DNA of 36,505 nt, from NCBI GenBank assembly GCA_964512715.1, contig CAZEJX010000001.1:1-36505 (forward strand). The letters run 5' to 3'. Each line of letters starts with the position of its first letter. Within the stretch, counting starts at the first letter, position 1. This DNA is from an uncultured Candidatus Saccharibacteria bacterium. Lineage in GTDB: Bacteria; Patescibacteriota; Minisyncoccia; UBA6257; 2-01-FULL-56-20. This document shows, one piece after another, positions 1 to 8,630 of the stretch. Made by a program: the position numbers and the translations under genes. Below the pieces are notes generated by a model. That model did no database searches and was not told where the DNA came from. It saw nothing but the letters and a program-made list of their open reading frames with translations.

Positions 1-1078
1 CGGCCTTCATGCGACGCTGAATTTCCTTGAAAGAATCGAGCGAGATATTATCGCGCTTGATTGCCTTCAGGGTATCCATATCCATGGACTGCATCGAAAT
101 CGTCGCGCCCATGTTCAAACCGGAATCCGCGAAAATCTTCTGTACTTTATAGGAGCGCTCCGTAGCGTTTTTGGTATTCGAAACCGTGATCGCGGCGGGG
201 TAGCCGGTACGCGCTCTCATCTCGGCCCAATACTCGGCGATTTCCACATCTCGGGGCAGAATACCGAAGTTCGCATCGGTGAGAAAGATAAAACGTACGC
301 GGTGCGCGGCAAACCATTCCGCTTCCGCGTAGACATGCTCCAGCGGCCACGAGTTCACTTTGGTTGCCACGTAGGATCCCCAGTCGCAGAACGCGCATGA
401 GAACGGACAGCCGCGATTCGTTTCCCAGGTACCGATCCACTCGGTAGTCGGGTTTGCGGCGATGAGCGGTTCGAATATATCGTCGAGATAGGGCGAAGGA
501 AATTCTTCCAAATTCCGGGTACGTGACACGCGCTCGGTCTGGATAAAATTGCCCCACGCATCAATGAAGCTTACCGAAGGAATGTTCTTCCAATCCCCCG
601 TGAGCTCCTCGAGAAAAGTGGTGAATGGTTTTTCGCCTTCGCCGTGGCAGACAAGATCGATGAAGGGATACTGGCGCAGATACTCTTCTACGCGTTTCGC
701 GTCGTAATGCATCGCGGCATTACTTCCTTTGGCCACCGCCTCGCGTGCCATTTTGCGTTGAATCCGATCGGGCACGTGCGGACCACCGGCGATAATGATT
801 ACCTCCGGCTTCCGGGCTTTGAGCCGCTCCATGATCCGGAGTGAGAGCTCGTTATTCCACACATAGAGACTGAATCCCACCACATCCGCCGGCACGAGCT
901 TCTCGACTGCCGTCTCGATCGCTTCGCGCGAAAAGAGCGGCAGCATGAACTCGTACTCGTCCGGATCTTTGAGATTCTTGCGGGCGTAGGCCTCAAGGAG
1001 ACCAACGGAATAGGGCAAATAGCTGTGGCCGGAAAATCCGGCGTTAATCTGACAGAACCCCACGACAATTTTTCGCAT
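1..1078 (-). CDS. B12-binding-domain radical SAM protein (class B rSAM), paralog 1; C-terminal part runs off the left window edge
   Basis: Absent from the ORF track because there is no in-window stop. Manual minus-strand translation from ATG 1076..1078 stays open to position 1: MRKIVVGFCQINAGFSGHSYLPYSVG...GGPHVP...WETNRGCPFSCAFCDWGS...FLTDANFG...MQSMDMDTLKAIKR. The CxxxCxxC cluster is encoded at about 381..418. The protein aligns along its whole visible length with the 1267..3258 protein. Confidence 0.8.
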   Translation of the reverse strand, partial: MRKIVVGFCQINAGFSGHSYLPYSVGLLEAYARKNLKDPDEYEFMLPLFSREAIETAVEKLVPADVVGFSLYVWNNELSLRIMERLKARKPEVIIIAGGPHVPDRIQRKMAREAVAKGSNAAMHYDAKRVEEYLRQYPFIDLVCHGEGEKPFTTFLEELTGDWKNIPSVSFIDAWGNFIQTERVSRTRNLEEFPSPYLDDIFEPLIAANPTTEWIGTWETNRGCPFSCAFCDWGSYVATKVNSWPLEHVYAEAEWFAAHRVRFIFLTDANFGILPRDVEIAEYWAEMRARTGYPAAITVSNTKNATERSYKVQKIFADSGLNMGATISMQSMDMDTLKAIKRDNISLDSFKEIQRRMKA

Positions 1079-1121
1079 ACATATCCTCGCTTTCGTTTCG
1101 TTTTCAAATCTTCTGCCCTTG

Positions 1122-1150
1122 AATGTATCGTTCCCCTCTGCTCTTGTCAA
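1122..1150 (-). promoter_or_regulatory. Putative sigma70-type promoter of rSAM paralog 1 (TTGACA-17-TACATT on minus strand)
   Basis: The plus strand has tgtcaa at 1145..1150 and aatgta at 1122..1127 with a 17-nt spacer. The -35 hexamer overlaps the end of the 40-bp palindrome by 2 nt. Confidence 0.45.
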
Positions 1151-1188
1151 TATTATATACTATATTATATAATATAGTATATAATATT
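1149..1188. repeat. 40-bp perfect AT-only palindrome (aatattatatactatattat|ataatatagtatataatatt), copy 1
   Basis: The reverse complement of 1149..1168 equals 1169..1188 exactly. Positions 1148..1188 match 34830..34870 with a single mismatch. Confidence 0.95.
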
Positions 1189-1208
1189 TCACTTGCTCTG
1201 GAAATGAC

Positions 1209-1243
1209 GAAAAATAAAAGCGGCCAAGTTTAGCTTGGCCGCT
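1209..1243 (-). terminator. Rho-independent terminator after rSAM paralog 2
   Basis: Stem agcggccaag (1219..1228) pairs with cttggccgct (1234..1243) around a 5-nt loop. On the minus strand it is followed by ttttatttt. Confidence 0.8.
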
Positions 1244-1266
1244 TTCCTATGTTGTTCTATCCCTCC

Positions 1267-3258
1267 TTAGAAATGACCGGAGAGTTGTTCGAGCGAGGCA
1301 TTGCCGTAGAGATACGCGCCACGCTTGTTGCCGAACCAAACCACCTCGCGGCACCAGTCCTCGATTGAGTCCCAGCGTTCGCTCGTGCGGTCGATACTCA
1401 CCACAAACTCCCCTTCTTCCGGCAACGCTTTCTCGCCACGCATGACGCGCTTTCTGAAATCCAGCACGTTCCATGACGATTCGAGCTCGAGATCACGCTC
1501 TTCGAACGGCGCCTTGATGAGTGCGCGATTCAACCGGACTGCTTCATGGAGATATGCTCCGTAGCGCGCGTTACTCTCGCCGAATACTTCAAAGAGAAGT
1601 GTCTCTGCCTCGCGATAGAACGCATCCAGGCGTCCCGACGCCATGAGCTCGATAAACGCGAGCTCATCGGCCGGCCACCAGATGCCGAGCCAGCGCTCGG
1701 AGTGACAGTACTCTTCGCCGCCGGCTTGGATTTCCCGTGCCTTGGCTTCGAAAAACTGCAACGTATGCTGGAGCGTCTGAAAACGTCCGCTCAAGAGAGA
1801 TTCGTTCATGAATGCCTCGATCACGGCGCGATAGGTCGCGCCGGTAGACTCGTGGGTCACCATGAGCGGAATCTGCAAGAGCTTGTCGAAATGAAGAAAC
1901 GCGCTCATCCATGCAAAGACGCGGGTTTTCACCCAGTCCGCACGCGGCATCGAAGCAGTCGCGATGACGAGCTTCTGATACTCGGGCACATCGTCTGCGG
2001 ACTCTTCTCTGAATCCGTGAATGTTGATGATGCGGCTCTGCACGGTTTCCATACCGTACTTTGCCTGATATGTCGGATCGCCCATCTCCGCGTTCGGCAG
2101 AATGGCAAGGTTATTGAACTGAATGCGATTATGCTGACCGCCTTCAATCAACTCACTCACCCCGTTCGCGAACGAATCATAGGTTTCGCCGGGCAGACCC
2201 AGAATGAGATCGGTCATGGTCTCCACACCCGCCGCGTTGAAGCGGTTCTGAATCTCCTTGAACGCGGGAATTGAGATGTTGCTGCGCTTGATCGCGACGA
2301 GCGTTTCGGCATCAATCGACTGCATGGATACCACAACACCCTGATTCAGACCCGAATCCGAGAGAATCTTCTGTACTTCAAACGCGCGCTCGGTAAGCTT
2401 GGAACCTAGGCGACCGCTCTTCGTACTCTGCACGGAAAGATGCGCCGGAAATCCCTTGCGGGCTTTAACCTCCGCACAGTAACGCGCGAGTTCTTCGTCT
2501 CGCTCCATGATTCCGAAATTCGCGTCGGCAGTGAAGACATAGTGGATCTTATGATCCGCAAACCAATCTACTTCTTCACGCAGACGATCCATGCCGGCAC
2601 CGTAGACTTTTTGCGCCGTAGCGGAGCCCCAGTCACAAAACGTGCAGCTGAAGGGACAGCCCCGATTTGTTTCCCACATTGCAATCCAGCGATGCTCGGG
2701 GTGAGCCGCCATCAAGGGCTCGAAGATACCGGTGAGATACGGCGAGGGAACCCGATCCAGATCATTGATGCGTTTACCGCGCGGGTTTGTCACGATAGTT
2801 CCGTCACGACGAAAACTTGCCGCGGGAATCTCCGAGAAATCTCCGCTCGGCAGGGCTTCCAAAATCGCCGTGAATACTTCTTCGCCTTCGCCATGTACCG
2901 CAATGTCCACGAATTCATGCTCATGCAAAAATGCTTCCGCATGATCCGGCACTTGTGGGCCGCCGAATACGATAACCGTATACGGTGACATAGACTTCAA
3001 GGCACGGGCGATCGCGAGCGAGATCTGCTCATTCCAAACATAGAGCGAGAAGCCGACAAGGTCCGCGCCGCGAAGCTTTTTCGCCGCGCGCTCCACGTTT
3101 TCCCGACAGTAGATGGGGATGAGAAATTCAAATGCTTCCGGGTCTTTGAGGTTCGCGCGTGCGAATGATTCGAGCACGCCAACTGAGTACGGCAGGTAGT
3201 ACTGGCCCGAAAAGCCATTGTTTACCTGCACGAGGCCCACCACCTTTTTCTCCTTCAT
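1267..3258 (-). CDS. B12-binding-domain radical SAM protein (class B rSAM, long C-terminal helical region), paralog 2
   Basis: The ORF contains NRGCPFSCTFCDW (CxxxCxxC), an N-terminal Rossmann-like B12-domain pattern (VGFSLYVWN, VFGGPQVP) and GLPGET. The start was moved to ATG 3256..3258 (MKEKKVVGLVQ), which lies 8 nt after AGGAAG. The track's GTG at 3267 lies inside that SD. Confidence 0.85.
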   Translation of the reverse strand: MKEKKVVGLVQVNNGFSGQYYLPYSVGVLESFARANLKDPEAFEFLIPIYCRENVERAAKKLRGADLVGFSLYVWNEQISLAIARALKSMSPYTVIVFGGPQVPDHAEAFLHEHEFVDIAVHGEGEEVFTAILEALPSGDFSEIPAASFRRDGTIVTNPRGKRINDLDRVPSPYLTGIFEPLMAAHPEHRWIAMWETNRGCPFSCTFCDWGSATAQKVYGAGMDRLREEVDWFADHKIHYVFTADANFGIMERDEELARYCAEVKARKGFPAHLSVQSTKSGRLGSKLTERAFEVQKILSDSGLNQGVVVSMQSIDAETLVAIKRSNISIPAFKEIQNRFNAAGVETMTDLILGLPGETYDSFANGVSELIEGGQHNRIQFNNLAILPNAEMGDPTYQAKYGMETVQSRIINIHGFREESADDVPEYQKLVIATASMPRADWVKTRVFAWMSAFLHFDKLLQIPLMVTHESTGATYRAVIEAFMNESLLSGRFQTLQHTLQFFEAKAREIQAGGEEYCHSERWLGIWWPADELAFIELMASGRLDAFYREAETLLFEVFGESNARYGAYLHEAVRLNRALIKAPFEERDLELESSWNVLDFRKRVMRGEKALPEEGEFVVSIDRTSERWDSIEDWCREVVWFGNKRGAYLYGNASLEQLSGHF

Positions 3259-3340
3259 TAGGATCACTTCCTTTCTTTTTTCTAAGATTAAAAATCAATA
3301 AACTGGCATGACTGTATCATTTAGCTCATGTTTCGGCAAT

Positions 3341-3371
3341 AGAAAACGCCGCCGAGCTAAGCTCGGCGGCG
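3341..3371 (-). terminator. Rho-independent terminator after SDR gene
   Basis: Stem cgccgccgagc pairs with gctcggcggcg around loop taa. On the minus strand it is followed by ttttct. Confidence 0.75.
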
Positions 3372-3377
3372 ATATGT

Positions 3378-4190
3378 TTAGAAAATCGAATTCACTGCTC
3401 CCCCGTCCACGGTAATGCAGGTACCGGTCAGGAGGCGGGAGCGATCGGAAGCGAGAAACACAGCGAGGTTCGCGACATCTTCCGCAGTCACGATTTTTTT
3501 GAGAACCATCTTTGAAAGCACATTCTTCGTCATCATCTCTTCCGCTTTTTTGTGCGAAAGGTGTTCAGTTTGCGCTTTGTTCGCGACATCACGCTTCCAG
3601 GCTCCGGCTTTCACGGTGTGTGGAGCAATCGCGTTCACGCGGATTTCGTACTTTCCCCACTGGTTCGAGAGGTGCTTACTCAAGTGAATCATGGCAGCCT
3701 TCATCGCGCCGTAGTGCGGATTGAAATCTCCCGGGCGCTTGCCTGCCACGCTCGCCATATTAATGACGGAGGCGCAGTCAGATTCCCTGAGATGCGGCAA
3801 CGCCGCCTGGCAAAAATGCACCATACTCATGAGGTTTGCTTCGAAGACCTCGTACCATTCGTGTTCGGTAATATACTGAAAGAGCGTGTGCTGGCGGACA
3901 CCGCCGATGTTGTTGACGAGAATATCAATTGTCCCGAAATCAGATTTTACTGCCTCTACGAGTCTCATAACATCCTTGCCCGAAGTGGCATCTACTTGAT
4001 AGTCCTCGGCGCGCACCTCACGTTTATCAAGCATCTTGACTGTCGCGTCGAGGTTTTTGAGATCCCGTCCGCAAATCGCGATGTTTGCACCCTCGGCAGC
4101 CAGTGCCTCTGCGATTGCACGACCAATGCCATGGCCGGCACCGGTTACGAGAGCTACCCGTCCGGCAAGCTCACCTTTTTGTTTTTTCAC
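3378..4190 (-). CDS. Short-chain dehydrogenase/reductase (FabG-like classical SDR)
   Basis: It has the TGAGHGIG cofactor motif, NNIG, and YGAMK (YxxxK) after a catalytic Ser region. The start is set to GTG 4188..4190, 6 nt after GGAGG. The track's TTG start is upstream of that SD. Confidence 0.85.
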   Translation of the reverse strand: MKKQKGELAGRVALVTGAGHGIGRAIAEALAAEGANIAICGRDLKNLDATVKMLDKREVRAEDYQVDATSGKDVMRLVEAVKSDFGTIDILVNNIGGVRQHTLFQYITEHEWYEVFEANLMSMVHFCQAALPHLRESDCASVINMASVAGKRPGDFNPHYGAMKAAMIHLSKHLSNQWGKYEIRVNAIAPHTVKAGAWKRDVANKAQTEHLSHKKAEEMMTKNVLSKMVLKKIVTAEDVANLAVFLASDRSRLLTGTCITVDGGAVNSIF

Positions 4191-4221
4191 TTCACTCCTC
4201 CTCAATCAATTAACTGACAAT

Positions 4222-4250
4222 TTTATACTATTTTGAACACTCACTGTCAA
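4222..4250 (-). promoter_or_regulatory. Putative sigma70-type promoter (TTGACA-17-TATAAA) for the SDR gene
   Basis: The minus strand reads ttgacagtgagtgttcaaaatagtataaa. Plus-strand coordinates are tgtcaa 4245..4250 and tttata 4222..4227. Confidence 0.55.
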
Positions 4251-4270
4251 TTCTCGGGGATTGCTGCTCG

Positions 4271-5209
4271 TTAGATGTTCGCGTAATTATTCCGTTTCAC
4301 GATCTTATAGCCTTTGATAAGCTCTCGAATCGCGGCTTCCAGTGATACCTGGGGTTTGAAGCCGGTTTTCTCTATTTTCTCGTTTGAGACAACGTAATTG
4401 CGCTTATCCGGATCCTTGCCGATCGCGGATTCCAGGAAAACAAATTCTGGCAGCTGTTTTTGAATCTCTTGGCAGAGCTCGAGCTTGCTCAAGTTTGCAT
4501 CAGAGAGACCTACGTTATAGGCGTTGTTCTTCATGGCGTCGAAATTCGTCATGGCGTGCATGAACGCGCGCACAACATCGCGGACATGAATGTAATTGCG
4601 TTTGAAATGGGCTTCGAAAAGGACTACGAAGCGATCGTTCACCGCCCGGTACACAAAATCATTTACTAAAAGATCCAGGCGCATGCGCGGGCTTATGCCG
4701 CAGACCGTGGCAAGCCGCAGCGTTATGGCGTCCCCTGCCGCCAAGAGCTTCTCTTCTGCCTCTACTTTCAATCTGCCATAGAGCGAAATGGGCTCGAGCG
4801 GGGTTTCTTCGGTGCAAAATGTAGTCTCCCCTTGACCGAGACCATAGCCGCTATTCGTATTCGGGAAAATGATTTTCTGCCCTGCTTCGCGAAGCTTCAG
4901 AATGGATTCCACGGCCTCGAGATTGGTCGTGCGCGCCGCGATGGGATCTTGATCGCAGAGCGGCGCACCCACGAGACACGCCAAGGGAATAATAAAATCT
5001 TTGCCGGGAATATGTTTTTTAAGCAGCTCATCGCTCCTCGCATCGCCGCGCACTACCGTAAGCGTATCGAAATTGCAGACGTCCAAAAGTGACGTTTGAC
5101 CGTACATAAAATTATCGATTACGGTGACCTCGTGCCCCGCGCGCAGGAGCTCCGGAACAAGGACTGAACCGATATAACCAGCTCCGCCGGTTACTAATAC
5201 TTTTGCCAT
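4271..5209 (-). CDS. NAD-dependent epimerase/dehydratase (extended SDR, nucleotide-sugar modifying)
   Basis: It starts MAKVLVTGGAGYIGS (the GxxGxxG motif), has YGRLK (YxxxK), and is about 310 aa, typical of extended SDRs. Confidence 0.85.
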   Translation of the reverse strand: MAKVLVTGGAGYIGSVLVPELLRAGHEVTVIDNFMYGQTSLLDVCNFDTLTVVRGDARSDELLKKHIPGKDFIIPLACLVGAPLCDQDPIAARTTNLEAVESILKLREAGQKIIFPNTNSGYGLGQGETTFCTEETPLEPISLYGRLKVEAEEKLLAAGDAITLRLATVCGISPRMRLDLLVNDFVYRAVNDRFVVLFEAHFKRNYIHVRDVVRAFMHAMTNFDAMKNNAYNVGLSDANLSKLELCQEIQKQLPEFVFLESAIGKDPDKRNYVVSNEKIEKTGFKPQVSLEAAIRELIKGYKIVKRNNYANI

Positions 5210-5237
5210 ATTGGCTTAGGATACTCATTCTCTCTAG

Positions 5238-5271
5238 AAATGAAAAGCCCCCGCGGCGTCTGCCGCGGGGG
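5238..5271 (-). terminator. Rho-independent terminator after split transketolase operon
   Basis: Stem cccccgcggc (5248..5257) pairs with gccgcggggg (5262..5271). On the minus strand it is followed by cttttcattt. Confidence 0.75.
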
Positions 5272-5277
5272 TAAGGA

Positions 5278-6189
5278 CTATTTGGGAAAGAACTTTTTGA
5301 GCGTCTCAGCGATTTTCCGGCCCGAAATGCCGACGTGATCGCGCAGATAGGCCTGGCTGCCAACGACCTCCGGCCAGTCATCCTGGATGCCGAACCGGAA
5401 GAAGCGCGCGATTCCTCTCGTTTCCGCAATCACTTCCGCGACTGCACTGCCCAAGCCGCCCACAATGCTGTGCTCCTCGAGCGTGCAGATGAGTCTGCGA
5501 TTCTTCGCAAGGTCACGGACAAACTCCCGGTCGAGAGGCTTTAGCGTATGTATGTTCACCACTTCGAGCGAGAGTCCTTGCTCATGAAGGATTTCTGCGG
5601 CGATCAAGGCCTCCTCAAGAATGGTGCCGGTCGCAAGGAGCGACATATCACTGCCACTTCGCACGATCATCGCTTTCCCGAATACCGGAGTCAGTGCATG
5701 CAGATTTTTCTCCCCACGCTTATTGAGACGCAGGTATGCCGGACCGCCCTCAGCCGTAACTTGATTGAAGAGCGCGACTGCCTCTTCTGGGCCGGAGGGC
5801 GAAACAATCTTCATGCGCGGCAGCGCGCGCATCATCGCAATGTCTTCGATCGCAAGATGGGTGATGCCACACGTGCCATAGGTAAAACCGGCTCCGCCAC
5901 CGATCACCACCACATTCGCATGGTGCGAACATACATCTACTTTGATTTGTTCGATGCAACGCAGAGTAATGAAGGGAATGATAGAGTAGACGAAGACTTG
6001 CTTACCCGAGAGCGCCGCACCGGCGGCAAGACCGATGATGTTTTGCTCCGCCATGCCGGCGTTTTGATAGCGCAGCCCCAGCTCCCGAAATTCCTTCTCG
6101 CGCACGTGCTGGAAGTCCCCGGTCACAAAAAAGATGTTTTCATCCTTTCGCGCGGCTTCATAGAGCGCTTCAATGACTGCATTACGCAT
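5278..6189 (-). CDS. Transketolase, C-terminal (pyrimidine-binding plus C-terminal domain) subunit
   Basis: It shows MAEQN, FxxR and related patterns typical of the TK/DXS pyrimidine-binding domain. The start is set to ATG 6187..6189 (MRNAVIEAL), 6 nt after GGAGG. It overlaps the stop of the upstream subunit by 8 nt. Confidence 0.85.
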   Translation of the reverse strand: MRNAVIEALYEAARKDENIFFVTGDFQHVREKEFRELGLRYQNAGMAEQNIIGLAAGAALSGKQVFVYSIIPFITLRCIEQIKVDVCSHHANVVVIGGGAGFTYGTCGITHLAIEDIAMMRALPRMKIVSPSGPEEAVALFNQVTAEGGPAYLRLNKRGEKNLHALTPVFGKAMIVRSGSDMSLLATGTILEEALIAAEILHEQGLSLEVVNIHTLKPLDREFVRDLAKNRRLICTLEEHSIVGGLGSAVAEVIAETRGIARFFRFGIQDDWPEVVGSQAYLRDHVGISGRKIAETLKKFFPK

Positions 6190-6985
6190 CTTCCACCTCC
6201 CGCGTTGCGAGCACATATTGCTCCGGAGTCATGACGCCGTTATGCCAATCCTCGCCGTGGTCCTCCATAAAGGAGACGCCTTTGCCTTTCCGCGTACATG
6301 CGAAGATTACGTGCGGAGGACGGCTGGATGGGAGTCTTAGATAATCCGTCAGCTGATGAAAGTGGTGACCATTGATGCGCGAGGTAGCCCAGCCGAAAGC
6401 TTTGAACTTGTCTTCAAGTGGTTCCACCTCTACGACGTGGCGCACTTGCGTCCAGGTCTGAAATCCGTTTACATCCACGATGAGGGTGAGGTTCTTCAAA
6501 TTGCGTGAAGCAGCGAACATCGCCGCTTCCCACACTGAACCTTCCTGGAGCTCGCCATCACCCATGAGCACAAATACCCGCGAGGGCAGATTATCCGCTG
6601 CCGCGGCGAGCGCCATACCCACACCGAGTGAGAGTCCGTGACCGCCGGAGCCGCCATTCGTTTCCACGCCCGGCATGTGGCGCTCGATGTGATCAGCAAT
6701 GCGACTGCCTTCTCTTGCGAAATCAGACAATGCTTCCACCGGAAAAAATCCCCGTTCCGCGAGCACCGCGTAAAGCGCAGCGGCAGCGTGGCCCTTACTC
6801 AGAATGAACCGGTCCCGCAGCCGATCAGTGGGGTAGTCGGGATCGATATTCATCACCTCGAAATAGAGTGCCACAAGAATTTCAATTGCCGACAACGAGC
6901 AACCGATGTGAGAATCTTTGGCTTCATAAGCCATCTGGAGCACGTGCTTGCGTGCTTTTTTGGCAACCATTGCGAGATCTTTCAC
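6182..6985 (-). CDS. Transketolase, N-terminal (thiamine-diphosphate-binding) subunit
   Basis: It has SKGHAAAALYAVL, GSGGHGLSLGVGMA and GDGELQEGSVWEA (the ThDP/Mg motif region). The GTG start is preceded by AAGGAG at 8 nt. Confidence 0.85.
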   Translation of the reverse strand: MKDLAMVAKKARKHVLQMAYEAKDSHIGCSLSAIEILVALYFEVMNIDPDYPTDRLRDRFILSKGHAAAALYAVLAERGFFPVEALSDFAREGSRIADHIERHMPGVETNGGSGGHGLSLGVGMALAAAADNLPSRVFVLMGDGELQEGSVWEAAMFAASRNLKNLTLIVDVNGFQTWTQVRHVVEVEPLEDKFKAFGWATSRINGHHFHQLTDYLRLPSSRPPHVIFACTRKGKGVSFMEDHGEDWHNGVMTPEQYVLATREVEDA

Positions 6986-7111
6986 AATGTTTTCTCCTTT
7001 TTCAAATGTATTTGCTGTCCGTGAATATACCCGCTTCGCGCAAGTTTGACAATAGAGCTATTTCGATGCAGACTACATCCAGCAAAATTTGAAAAGGAAG
7101 GAAGTAACACG

Positions 7112-8068
7112 ATGCATTATCGCCTGCTCGGTACTACCGGCATTCGCGTTTCTGAAATTGGATTTGGTACCTGGGGCATCGGTGGACTGACCGAAGGCGC
7201 AACCTCCTACGGTGAGACTGATGACCAGGTTTCACTCGCAGCACTTCACCGCGCATTGGATCTTGGTATCACTTTTTTCGACACCTCGAGCACGTATGGC
7301 TACGGCCATGCGGAAGAGCTTTTAGGAAAAGCTTTCGGCGCTCGGCGAGACAAGGTAGTTATCGGCACCAAAGCAGGTTGCGTTCGCCACGGCGGACCGT
7401 ACGACGTTTCCCCTCACTATCTTCGTAGCTCGCTTGAAGAAAGTCTGCGCTGGCTCCGGATGGAGTATGTGGATCTTTATCAGATTCACAGCGTGCCCAT
7501 GGAAATTGCGCGCAGATACGCTGTCACCGAGACTCTCGAGAGTCTCAAGCGAGAAGGCAAAATTCGAGCGTTCGGATACTCGACCAAGAATCCGGAAGAT
7601 GCCATCGAGGCAATGGATGTATTCAAAGCCGAGGTGGTGCAGGTAAACTTCAATCTCATGGATCACCGCGCAATTCACGCGGGAGTGCTCCAGCGAGCGA
7701 ATGAACTCAAGGTTGGCGTTATCGCCCGTACGCCTTTTTCATTCGGTTTTTTGACGGGAAAGATTGATTCGCTCGATTTCAACGAACGAGATCATCGTTC
7801 CGCCTGGCCAAAGGAACAGTTGGAACGCTGGCAAGCCGCGGCGGACCGCTTCGCATTCCTCAATTCCAAAGGAATGTATACCAAAGCCCAACTTGCGCTG
7901 AAGTTTTGCGTGAGTTTTCCGGAGGTATCCACGGTTGTACCCGGCATGATGCGTCTCGAAGAAGTCGAAGAAAATGCGCGAACCGCGGATCTGCCGCCAC
8001 TTACCGGCAAACACCTTGCGGCGGCGATTGAGCTCAGGCGTACGTCTACGTTTTTTATCGGAAAGTGA
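7112..8068 (+). CDS. Aldo/keto reductase family oxidoreductase
   Basis: It starts MHYRLLGTTGIRVSEIGFGTWG and has FDTSSTYGYGHAEELLG and other AKR signature regions. ATG 7112 lies 7 nt after GGAAGGAAG. The track's TTG at 7046 is a -35-like TTGACA, not a start. Confidence 0.85.
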   Translation: MHYRLLGTTGIRVSEIGFGTWGIGGLTEGATSYGETDDQVSLAALHRALDLGITFFDTSSTYGYGHAEELLGKAFGARRDKVVIGTKAGCVRHGGPYDVSPHYLRSSLEESLRWLRMEYVDLYQIHSVPMEIARRYAVTETLESLKREGKIRAFGYSTKNPEDAIEAMDVFKAEVVQVNFNLMDHRAIHAGVLQRANELKVGVIARTPFSFGFLTGKIDSLDFNERDHRSAWPKEQLERWQAAADRFAFLNSKGMYTKAQLALKFCVSFPEVSTVVPGMMRLEEVEENARTADLPPLTGKHLAAAIELRRTSTFFIGK

Positions 8069-8075
8069 GCTCGCT

Positions 8076-8582
8076 ATGATCATTTCTTTGAAGACTGTTG
8101 CAGGACTGAGAACACTCTCCTCTGCTAAAAGAATTGTCTTCGTTTCCGGTTCTTTTGATCTCTTGCACGCGCGGCACATCTGTTTTCTGGAAGACTGCAA
8201 GAAACTGGGCGACCTCTTGGTTGTCGCGGTAGGCCCGGATGCGGAAATCAGAAAGAACAAAGGCGAGGGACGACCGATCCTGAACGAGCATATTCGCCTC
8301 AAGATGGTGGATTCACTGAAGCCCGTAGATTACGCGTTTCTTTCGAATCCTTCCGCTCCGGGCGAAGGACTCTTGTCTCCGCTTCAGGAGATTTTCTACC
8401 TCTTCCGGCCGGATATCTGGGCCATAAACTACGATGGCGAGGATCTGGAAGGCCGGCATAAAGTGGCGCGCGAATTCGGAATCCGTTTCGTCGTGCTTCG
8501 CTCGGAGCGAGACAAGCCGCCGGAATACGAAGGTGTCTCTACTTCCTCTATCATCGAAAAAATACGCAAACTTCCCGCGTAG
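8076..8582 (+). CDS. Cytidylyltransferase-family nucleotidyltransferase (RfaE domain II / TagD-like)
   Basis: VFVSGSFDLLHARHICFL carries the (H/T)xGH-type motif. The LVVAVGPDAEIRKNKGEGRPI pattern matches heptose-1-P adenylyltransferase and glycerol-3-P cytidylyltransferase families, and the C terminus has STSSIIEKI. The start is set to ATG 8076. Confidence 0.75.
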   Translation: MIISLKTVAGLRTLSSAKRIVFVSGSFDLLHARHICFLEDCKKLGDLLVVAVGPDAEIRKNKGEGRPILNEHIRLKMVDSLKPVDYAFLSNPSAPGEGLLSPLQEIFYLFRPDIWAINYDGEDLEGRHKVAREFGIRFVVLRSERDKPPEYEGVSTSSIIEKIRKLPA

Positions 8583-8596
8583 GAAATACCACAATG

Positions 8597-8630
8597 CCGC
8601 GCGACTTTACCGTCGCGCGGTTTTTATTTT
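8597..8630 (+). terminator. Rho-independent terminator; its stem overlaps the last codons of the convergent HD gene
   Basis: Stem ccgcgcgac (8597..8605) pairs with gtcgcgcgg (8612..8620), followed by tttttatttt. Confidence 0.75.

Noticed and set aside
1149-1188. The AT palindrome could be a dif/Xer recombination site, a replication origin element or an IS200/IS605-type hairpin.
   Set aside because: It occurs twice within 34 kb. It is perfectly symmetric with no asymmetric central spacer. There are no DnaA-box-like words nearby, and no transposase or TnpA/TnpB gene in the window. Its promoter-proximal position fits a regulatory role better.
3259-3377. A cobalamin riboswitch might lie upstream of the B12-dependent rSAM genes.
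   Set aside because: The leaders are far too short for a cobalamin aptamer: about 55 nt after the candidate promoter for paralog 2 and about 45 nt for paralog 1. No B12-box-like sequence was seen.
7046-7111. N-terminal extensions implied by the ORF track's longest ORFs (for example 7046, 7974, 20006, 21635, 22287, 34869, 12698, 4205, 3267, 6216 and 15655).
   Set aside because: The track starts at the most upstream ATG/GTG/TTG. In each case an internal start coincides with the family's conserved N-terminus, and in most cases also with a well-spaced SD.
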